Source: Catajapyx aquilonaris
Taxonomy: Eukaryota
Reading direction: 5' to 3'
DNA: 25,287 nt
Assembly: GCA_000934665.2 (NCBI GenBank)
Contig: KZ538283.1
Coordinates: forward strand, 62,001-87,287
Part shown: positions 12,566 to 22,432 of the stretch, piece after piece
Position numbering within the stretch: position 1 is the stretch's first letter
Layout of the letters: every line of letters starts with the position of its first letter
The notes under the pieces: model-generated
Databases searched by the model: none
What the model saw: the letters and a program-made list of their open reading frames with translations, nothing else
Told to the model about the DNA's origin: nothing
Position numbers and translations under genes: made by a program

Positions 12566-13538
12566 CTGATGGTGGTGTATAGAATAAACAGATCGATCAA
12601 TGAAAAATTTGGAAAGTTCAGGGTCGTCATCATGTGGAGGTCATTAAGATGAGCCTAATTATTTGTGGTTTGATCCATTTCTGCCATTCCGTTCCGCGGG
12701 GGGACCAAGTTTTCCCAGATGTGCCTACCTGGAAGAAAAATATCATGAAGTGTTGTATGAGTGCTGTTCAGCTTTGAGTTCGGATCGAGACCCGAAACGA
12801 AAGTCTTCAATTCCGTCAATTGGCACATCAGATATCATTTTGCTTTTTAACCAGATGTCAGCATTGCGGGGACGCAACGGTCACAAAATATCTAAGGACC
12901 GTCAGTATATTTCATTTCAATTTTTGCAACAATGGCTGACCGCACCCAATTTTTAGAGTTTGCGTACTCTTCTCTAATAAATCATTGCAGATGTCGCAAA
13001 AATCTCCGAAGAAATGATGGCATGTGCAGCATCGGATTTATTATTAGGCACAATGCGCAATTGCCTAAGGGCGCGGCCGGAAGTTGCAATGAATAATTTT
13101 ATAAATAAAATAACATGAAATAAAGGCGAGAACACAACAACAAATTTTGAATTACTATCCTTTTATTCAATATAGAGCCCTGTGTTTGACTCCCAGGCAA
13201 ATTATCCAAAAAAATAATGGTATATATGTATTGTTAGAAAGCTATTGTTTAAATCCACGGTACATATATGGGAGTCATTTTCCTATCGTCTGTCTCTAAT
13301 TTTTTGTCGTAAAAAGAAGGCGGGAAAGTGTCATATTTTGACTAGTTGCCGACGTTACCTACACCGCAAAGTGAATTGTTAATGCCACTTTCAGGAGGAC
13401 AAAAAAAATGCGCCTGTGAACCCTGGATAGTGCACATCTTTGTCTATATCTAACGATATATTATTTTGAAAGATTGAGATCGCCATTTATGTAATCACAA
13501 TTAAGTTAATTGCACACCTCTGTTATCTCGGCTGTTTA

Positions 13539-14220
13539 TAATCCGAATTACTTCGCGAATGTATCGACGGCAAGCCAGAAATGGTCATTGAATCTCGTAC
13601 AAAAATATTCGAATGTCGGACCCCTGCTCAACGAAAGTTGTTGACCTCTGAGGGTTTTGTAAATGTCATAATTGAGTTCCTCGTCCCTGAAAACCTAGGA
13701 AAGGACACCTGTACGACCATCGCAGGCCAACACATACGCCGCAAACACGCAATTTTCACTTACGCGCTTATTAAAAGTTTGCGTAGGTAAATTCTGTACA
13801 AATATGGCCCGAAACTTTGGGTTTGAAAGCACTCTGAGTTCCTGGAATGCGGAGAAGAAAATAAAGCTATAAAATCCCTTTCGGGTCCAATAAATGAGCC
13901 GCCACCCCGAACCATACCACCGGTACCGTTATTGTGCCGTACCCCTTGCAGCGAGGGTATCGCGGGAAGTTTGAAATCCTTACTTGTGGTTGAGTTCCTT
14001 ACTTGTGTGTGTAGTCCAACTAAAAGTGTAGTCGCTACTTGTGTGTGTAGCCGTTACTTGTGTGTGTAGTCGCTACTTGTGTGTGTAGTCGCTACTTGTG
14101 TGTGTAGTCGTTACTTGTGTGTAGTCCTTACTTGTGTGTATTCCTTACTTGTGTGTGTAGTTCGTGCGTGTGGGTGTAGTGTTGTAAGTGTGTGTGTCGT
14201 GACCCTTCTGGGCCACCGTA
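13539..14220 (-). repeat. Right terminal inverted repeat (~682 bp)
   Basis: Reverse complement of 11832-12565, with a few substitutions, small indels and a different minisatellite composition. Confidence 0.95.
13979..14198 (-). repeat. Subterminal minisatellite of the right arm (same unit, inverted), about 9 clear plus a few degenerate copies
   Basis: Repeated AGTCG(C/T)TACTTGTGTGTGT. Interrupted by CAACTAAAA near 14017 and degenerate near 14160-14190. Confidence 0.92.
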
Positions 14221-14226
14221 GTCTAG
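14221..14226 (+). repeat. Right target-site duplication GTCTAG
   Basis: Identical to 11826-11831 and directly abuts the TIR terminus. Confidence 0.85.
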
Positions 14227-17200
14227 AACTCAGAGAAAATTCCTACCGATTTGCGAAAATGCTCGCCAATTACGCAACTAGCGCCAGACAATTAAAGGGA
14301 ACATCCCCCGATGCCTGACTAAACTTGCAGAAGCAGAGGATTTTTCATCCTGTTGCACAATGTGAAGGCGAGACCATGAAATGAGTTCTCCTCTCCTGTT
14401 TTGCATAGAGATTGACTCATTTCGCCTGCAAGCCCTCTCAAAAGCGCAAACAATGCATCTTCAACGGGGCTCAAGTGATGGCAGAGGTTTTGGAGGAGTA
14501 GTGAATGAAAAGAGAGGTTAGATGGCTTTTGGGAAGTGCANCCCCCCAATGGATGACGCCTTGCTCGTTGGTCCAATTCATGGAGAGGACTTGTCTACAA
14601 CCCGGATAAAAGCTGGAGATAATCCGAAAATTTCGCATAAAATCCTACCAAAAATCATCAGTGTTGAAAATCGGCAGTAGTATTTTATTCGGGCAAGTGT
14701 GCAGAACTGGGGTGCGGAAAGGCGATTGTTTACTTTGTCCTGCGAAATCGCTATAAATTCGGGTGTTTATGGCTCTGTAAAGCCGGCCATGTGAAAGCTT
14801 GTTATTCGCACATATTGTTCTCCCCTCCCACATGTCGCAAAAAATAGGGTGCAACTGCAATAAAAAAAATTGGTTGCCTAAAGGGGATCAAACCCGCATT
14901 TGCAGGGTTTTTGTTAGCCAAACAAGTTGGGAATTTGCACATTTGTATAATCCAACACTCGGAAATGTGTAGTTGTCGCCCTAGAAAATTAGATTACGGG
15001 CGTGGAAAACGCGTCGTAAGCAATTAATCTAGTGTGTGTATACTGCCCCCCCCCCCTCCCTCAGATTGCAAAAACACAGATAATAATCTAGCAAACAACA
15101 CCGTTGGTTACTCAGCTCCACCTGCCCCTTTCTTCCTTTGTCTACATTCGCATGGCAATGTCAGCAAAAGTTCTTGAAGTGCTCTATCTTTTTGCCCCGC
15201 AGGAGCACGGCCTTCGTGGACACGCCTTCGACAAAAGATTCCGGGAAGGCGGTGAAGCAAACTTTTCAAGGTGAAGAACGAAGGTTGTGATTTGCAAGAG
15301 TCGCGCTTCTAACTTACACCGTACAGTACACCTGCTTTCATTTTTATACCACCTGCTCCGCAACACCCATGACTGAACAAGGACAGTTTTGTTACAATTT
15401 ATTTGCTCAAGGATATCTAGTCAAGACGTTTGTGCGTAGGAAAGGCCAGCCCCTTACAGAGCTGCAACACGTACAGTGGATCCGCACTGCACTTACGATC
15501 ACTTGCAAGGATAAGTTGGATTGAAATTGCCAGAAAAATAATGCCACATTGCGTCTTATTGACATAAATCATAATTAGTCTACATATTTGTGACGTATGC
15601 TGAAAATAATATATGCATCGCATTTACAGTGCCGCCTATTTACTACCCTGTAATAGTGTAACGGGTGTCATTTTTTTGACACGGTTCTCGCCCCCTCTAA
15701 ACTGGTTTTTAAAATCATGTTTGCAGTGGCCAATTTCCAGTGTTTCACACACGGAATGGGGGCCTGCTACTCCAATTACGTTCTGGAATTATTTCAGACG
15801 CATTTCAATAATGGACACAATTGCCTCCCTTCCAAGTCCCGGCCATTTCTCTTTTCTCCGGGAAGCACAGTTGCATAAATACGGATGGTAGTTAGTCACA
15901 GACGAGCACTTGGACGGAACCCTTATTTGGCGAGAGGGCACGTGGCCTTCACGGTTCTGGAGCTGGCCCCCACTGTGCCCATCTCCCTGTGATAAACCCT
16001 ATGACTCAACTCGGATCCTGCCCTCTCTTCTATTAAGGGCTAAACGAGCAGCATGCCCCGTGTCTGATGGCCTGCTGCGAAACTCTGTGTGTGTGTGGAC
16101 ATGTGAAGATGCGCCTGATACTCATCTACTTCAAAAACACAAGTTATTGCTTCCTATTCGATTGCAACACCGTGGCCCATAAATAATAATCAAGACTAAA
16201 GTGTGATATCAAAAGAATGCAGAACTGGACACTACAATAAATCGTAATATAATGTAGCAACAATATCGCTGTTGGGATAGGCCTTGCTTCATGTATAATG
16301 CATATTGTCGCTGAATATATAGGTTGTATTCACTTCACACTAAATCCTGGCGCGTTAAAAAAAAATCTGGGAGGCAATCACATCACTCGCGCTAGATTTA
16401 ACTACAATATTTCATCACGTAGTAACACAAAATAAAAAACCCACCAAGCGTTGTGTTCACCCACCATCCAAAATTCGCTAATGTCCAACAAAAGAGCCCA
16501 CTAACGTGCGTTATATGAGTCGTAAAAACGCAGGACAAGAATCCTCTTTGATAAGAGCATTGCGTAGGCTATATATGCAAGCACCGGGTCCATCAAAAAA
16601 AATAATATCGTCCATATTTTGCGGTCGTGTCCTGCTGTGTGCCCAGCATGTGCGTGCGGTTCGGCGGTGAAAGTAACTGGAAAAAAAAGGAAGCGCATCT
16701 GCTGCTCATCAATTCACGCCCTCGTGCCCACCCCCTCCTGTGATGACCACCTTGTTAGCAATCGGTCATCGAGGCACGAGCCCTTCATTTGCATCCACTG
16801 TACCGAGCTCCTTAATTCATCCCCTGTTTCCCTTCCAAGAAAACGACTCCTTATATTTTTTGCAAAAAAAAGGATGGGCTTAACAGACTTTTGTACACTG
16901 GAGGGAGGCTTCTTTATTGCGGATCCGGAGCTGCGGTTATTACCCGCTTTTCAATGACGATTTTGTGCGAAGAACAGAGGAATGAAGTGGGCTGCAATTC
17001 TCCCGTCTTATTTGCATAACTGCATATTTTCACGAGCTCCTGTCATCTTTTGTCAAGATGGCGGGGGAGAGGGGGCTTATGGAAGGAATAAACCCGGGTC
17101 TTTTATTGTTTCGTTCCAAATAAGAAAGGAAGCCTGGAATGGCTAATGAGAAAGAAGCAAAAAAAATATTATTGTGTGTATTCTTTTTTTGGCGTGCATG

Positions 17201-20200
17201 ATTTTCTCCACGCACCTGGTACCCCTGTGTTTCAGTCCGACTCTTCTCCCACACGATAATAATGCAACAATCACCAGATCGATCTGACAATTGATGGCCC
17301 TTTCAGTCGACAGTGTACAGCATCAGCTGGCCTACACTTTCATTATAGATTGGTCTCTATTTGCTAAAATCGTTGTTCAATGGGCCAGTTCGTTTCGTGC
17401 AATTCTGACTCACCCTGTGGTTTTTTTCCCCCGCCAGGTATATAAATATATAGGAGATAACGTAGAATCCGGTTGTCAATCGATCCGAGTATTAACCTTT
17501 TGGGGGGGTCGACGTCTGCCGCTCTTTTTTGACGCGTCTTATCCCCTTCCATGTGCTTAATTATGACTTTAGTATCACAGGTGGGGTTTGGTTGGTTGTG
17601 GGGGAGGAAAGGAAATTTGATTGGTGAAAGGGGATTTTGGGAAGGGTATTAATCCAGGGAGGATTCTGCCTCCCCCACCACATACTTTTTTCCCCCCTTG
17701 TTCCTCCCAACAATAAATTCGTGACTCCGCCACCACTCAGTCCGATGAGGTCACACACCTCTTACTCCCAATATATCACCTGGTGCAAAGGGGGGCCTTT
17801 TGGCTGCCATTCTGCTGTACAGCATCATCAGTAAAGGTGGATAAGTGTATAGAGACATCTAGAAGTTGTGTACAGTACAAAATGCATTGTTGAACATGTG
17901 AAATATTGGCACAGTCACATATTTTTCAACTCACAGAATGAGGCCAACATGTTAGATTGCGGCATTGTTTTTCCGGGAAATGTTTCCGCCAAAAAAGCAG
18001 ATTAAAATATCAGCGATGGCTTCAACTTTGTGTGTAAATTGTCAAAATATGCGTGCAAATATGGTGTGACTCGTATGATGGCAAAGACGCTGCAGGATAT
18101 TTCTCAACCGGAGTCATTCTATTCTGAGAAAAAAGGTCAGTGCGCTGCGTGCATGACAAACACATCAACGCAAGGGACATGTCACAGAGATGATGCCAGG
18201 TTATCAGCACATGCACGGGAAATGATTCTAACGACAGGTGTTTATTACTCCGCCAATCCTTTTTCTCCCTTCTGAAATGTCCGGTCCATCCCACCTTTCT
18301 AATGTGATCTCCTCGCCAAAAATGATGACTATTCATGACCAAAAAAAGAGCAGATCGACGGACTTTGACAGGATGCATGTGCTTCCTCTTCCCCAGCCAA
18401 AAACCAAGAGGCATTGACCACATCACGAGGATGACCTGCGCACATGGTTTTATATGACTCTCATCCAGGATATATGGAGACGCCTGATCTGTCCTTGGAT
18501 AAGCGTTTCAGTTTGGATGCAAGCGGATCTGACTTGTTTGATTGAATGCACCTGAAAAGGTGGCATAAAACCTTGCAAAGTCGTAAATTCTCGTGGGAGA
18601 CAACCTTGTCGAGCCAATCATGGTTGTTGAACGTTACATCCTCTGCACTATTTGGGGAGTTGGAAGAAAATTGTTCAATATTATTTTGTCCACTGATGGA
18701 CTGTTGTATCCCTCTCATGATAGTGTCGCCAGCAGAAAAGCTGCCAAGTGCAATCGTTGGCATAAAGGATAAATTATCACGTCTCATTCACCTCGAGAAA
18801 ATGGTATATGGGCGGCCTTGCAAAAGTTTGATGTCCCTCCCAGAGAAGCAAGCTCATCTTTTTTTCCCCTCCCATCCTCCCCCACCCCCCATATGTAAGT
18901 CCATAGGAACTCAACGGAGATAGATTGTATGACTTGTAAGAAAAGAGAAAACGCTTTTACGACGTCATAGCGACTACTACTCGCTTCTCCTGCAATTCCT
19001 AGAGATGGACCTACATTTCTTTTATGTAGCTCCTTGCTCCCGGAATACGCTTTTCTTTGAGTTTATGTCCCTACCCGTCCCCTCGCCATTTTTCTTCTTC
19101 TGGTTTAAAAAAAAAGAGAGAGAAAAGGAGGAAACGCATCCTATCTTGTATTGCGACATTATTACTTTATTGTTGCTCGTAATTGGGAAGTCGCAACCAA
19201 CTACCGTAAGTAAAACATCAGAGTCACTGTCTTACTTTTATTTCTTTAAACTTTACTATCCGCATTGCAATTTTTCCTCGGGTTTATTAGTCACAAAAAA
19301 GTACATATTTGAGCAAGATAAGCCCCTCTGTCGCATACTATAGCTCAAGGCGAAAGGCTTGCCAACCTCTGTTTTTAATTTGGATTTCCCGCCATTTTTA
19401 GGCTTCCTTTGGACCTCCTGCCATCTGGTGACACTTTTATTCCAAGGGCAAGAAAAGGGGGCAGCTGTGCCCTCTACTCAACATTTTTTTTTTCTTTCTT
19501 CTACTACTTCTCCCCATGGTCTAGCCAAAGGATGGAGGGGACAGCTAATCCAAGCTCAGCGGAAGTAAGGGCGCCTGCTTTCAAGTTCAATAACATCAGT
19601 GTTCCGCTCGCTTTTCCCAAGGTCGCTTTCGGAAGTCTGCAGCTGTTACTAGGCTAGACTTGCCCCAGTATGCAGCTTACGTAAGGATATGACCCCAGAG
19701 GTCAATGTGTGTACGGTCACAAATTGTGACGCAATGCGTCCTCGTATTTTCCTGCACTAGAAAACGACTCCGACGAGGGAACATTTCAATTTTTTTTTGA
19801 CAAGTTTGCGAATATTTTCTCCGTCTGCAGCACAAACTTGGAATTCCGGTTATTTTCCATCCTCGCACTGTAAATATGGACTCGCAGAAAGGCACATAGT
19901 CGTCGGGGGGCGATGAGGCCGACAAAAGTTGCGACTTCAGTAACATCAATAGCGGTTCTCCTTCCTCTTAGTTTCCCAACGACACCATCACATAAATCGA
20001 GGTTCCTTCTCTACTTTAGTTCCTTTATTTTTTTTTGAAGGGGGGGGGGGGGGTATCAGCTGGCCAGTTTGCGGGGTCCAACTTTTTTCGGAGGAGAGAA
20101 AAATTATTACGGACGCGATCAAAGTCCTGGAGTCCAGGGCGATGGAAGTAAAGGAGGGAAAGAGGTTTAATGACCCCTGAAAACATTAGGAGCTTCCTGA

Positions 20201-21450
20201 ATGTTTTGAAGTGCCCTTTGGCCCCCGGAGAAAAGAGATGTTATTACCGAGTTATTTCGTCTGCCCAACCGACCTAAACCCAGCTTCAGGAAATGCAATG
20301 GATAAGCAGCATACACTGAATGCACTCTACCAATAAATTCATAGTTCGTCAAAAGGGAAAGAAATAGAAAATCTAGCGTCTGCACCGACAAGATTCTTGG
20401 GGAGGATTTTCTTGGGAGGTTGAAAAATGGTAGTCCCAATGAGAATGGCACACTTCGAATGCCTTTTATTCAAATCCACGTGACCTCAAGTGATGGAGAT
20501 TTGGTTATCATCCGGAACCCGACTCCGTCTGTGAGGAACTTCCAATTATCTTGGGGCTCCCTCCCAGCTCAAGGAGGGTTGGATGCATACCCTGAATTAC
20601 TCTGAAGACTGTCCATTTCGTCTACTTATGCCCCCATTCTTCGACATTATCTAAAGGTGGCGTCTGAAACCTGCAGATTACACTTACAAGTTTGACCGCT
20701 AATTAGCGTTTTTCAAATTTTTTTTAAATACAAAAAAGCCCGTATCATTTCGGAACATTCTCATTGCGGGTCCGAATTGTCACCAAAAGGGCGCCACGTG
20801 CGACAACGAACACCCTTCGCCATCTGGGAGACACCTCGAAGCAAAACGCAAAGCCACCAACTTGATTTAGTGTGACAACTCGCCAGCCAAATTGGGCTCT
20901 TGATTTACAACCCCTGCTGCTTTTCCACTCATCTTCCCGCATTTTCTAAACAAGGACTGCTGCTCAAATTAAAGTTTTGCAAGCTGAAAATGTTGCGGTT
21001 TTTGGTGCTATGTTGAACTCGGAAAAATATGTACAAAATTTTGAATTTTTTCGCCACCTCATGGCGCGGTAGAGTCGGTTACAAAATTTTGTACTTCTTT
21101 GCTGTTCTTCCCGGATATCAGTGGCACTCTAGATAGTTACAAAAAATTGTAATCCTTTGTGAGACCAGGTGTGCACAAAGTAGGTAATACCTGAAGTGGA
21201 CTGTTCCGGGAGACGGCCAAAAAAAAAAAAAAAAGATGGAAGCATCTCCTACAAGCGTCGGATTATGAAAACCCGCATTTTCCGCCACTAATCGGTTACT
21301 TCACCCTTCTCAATTAAACGAAAAGCTTCCCTGAACATTCCTTGACGAGCATGTCCTATGAATCACTCTAAGATGCACAATAATTCACGCAGCTCTCCAG
21401 AGAGAAAAAAAACCAAGACCGCACCAATAACATTTCTCTCTTTTTCTCAG

Positions 21451-21554
21451 GTCCATACCATATAGTAATTGGAAGAGCACCCATATATACCCATGGGTTT
21501 TTTCAAGAGAATCCCCCACCCAATCTTTGCATTCTGATAGAAAAGCAAATCGGA
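21451..21554 (+). CDS. Candidate internal exon, unknown product
   Basis: Strong acceptor tttctctctttttctcag, donor GGA|gtgagc, and an open frame PYHIVIGRAPIYTHGFFQENPPPNLCILIEKQIG. Confidence 0.25.
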
Positions 21555-21741
21555 GTGAGCGACGGTGGTATATCCCCTGGAGGCGGGCTTCGAAAATTCT
21601 CTTAATGGCGATGGGAACTTTGGAGCCGTCATAACGATGCTGCGGATGGGGAAGCTCGGTGACACGCCACACTTTCCCACGACGGAAAAGTGGAGAGAAA
21701 AGCAGTAAAAAAAATAAGATGGAGGTGGGTGGGATGAGGAT

Positions 21742-21759
21742 GAAGAAGAAGAAGAAGAA
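21742..21759 (+). repeat. (GAA)6 trinucleotide repeat followed by an A run
   Basis: Read directly from the sequence. Confidence 0.9.
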
Positions 21760-22380
21760 AAAAAAAAAGATGGAGGCCTACAGCCCGAGAGCATGTTGAT
21801 TGATGGAAGTAAGGAGGAGGTAAGCCTTTTTCCCTGGAGCGACTGCTTGTTTGGACGGGGATTGAAGGGACGATATTTCCGATTGTGCAGTACATGCTTT
21901 TTCCAATTTAAAAAAATGGCTCATACTGTACATCAGTGTTTTTCGTAACGAATACATCACGAGGTGGTGATAAGAGAATGACACATTCACCAGTGATCTA
22001 GTGTACACTGGCTGAGAGGTCACAGAGTGCGTTTTTCCAGCTGGGGAATGCCAGTGGGACAAAATTGATAATGTCACATGCAGAACGTGGTCATGTTGGC
22101 AAACATATGATATTAGATAAGAAGAGCTCAGCATAATTTTTTTTCTCTACACGTACAATCAATGACAGGGATCCCGTTCCCAACCGTGGTACACATTTTA
22201 CACATGCAAATATTGGCTTTGAGGGAGAAGGCACTTATTTCACATTTTAAGTGTAACTGTAGTCCCGGAGGTTAGGTTTCCAACATTTGAGACGGTCAGA
22301 AGGAAATTTGATCGCAGGCATTTCGATCAAAAAATTGTGACTTATGTACACAATGACGTTATCACGCGGTTGGGGGGATG

Positions 22381-22432
22381 TACTGTAAAGTTATCGACAG
22401 AATTGCATATTTCCCCTGTCACTTTTACAGTA
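22381..22432. repeat. Small imperfect inverted repeat with TA-bounded ends (mini-MITE-like)
   Basis: TACTGTAAAGTTATCGACAG ... CTGTCACTTTTACAGTA. Confidence 0.45.

Larger units (their letters stand above)
11832..14220. mobile_element. Non-autonomous long-TIR (foldback-like) DNA transposon, probably IS3EU superfamily
   Basis: Starts TACGGTGGCCCAGAAGGGTCACGACACACACAC and ends with the exact reverse complement GTGTGTGTGTCGTGACCCTTCTGGGCCACCGTA. GTCTAG lies immediately outside both ends. No long ORF inside. The element is seen directly; the family assignment rests on recalled IS3EU hallmarks (TAY..RTA termini, 6-bp TSD) and is less certain. Confidence 0.88.

Noticed and set aside
12314..13790. 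Duplicated 69-aa ORF (MVIESRTK...) as a gene pair
   Set aside because: It is a by-product of the inverted repeat, short, and has no recognisable domain.
14862..14940. tRNA-like B-box (GGTTTGATCCCC) with a T-run on the minus strand
   Set aside because: No convincing A-box or cloverleaf.
18425..18500. DDLRTWFYM..PW resembling a CK1/TTBK kinase motif
   Set aside because: No other kinase motifs are in frame, and a stop lies just upstream.
18461..18923. Overlapping 108-aa and 125-aa ORFs on opposite strands
   Set aside because: No recognisable domain, and I cannot choose a strand or exclude chance.
20164..20180. GGTTTAATGACCC similar to nematode SL1
   Set aside because: The match is partial, with no following splice donor or Sm site.
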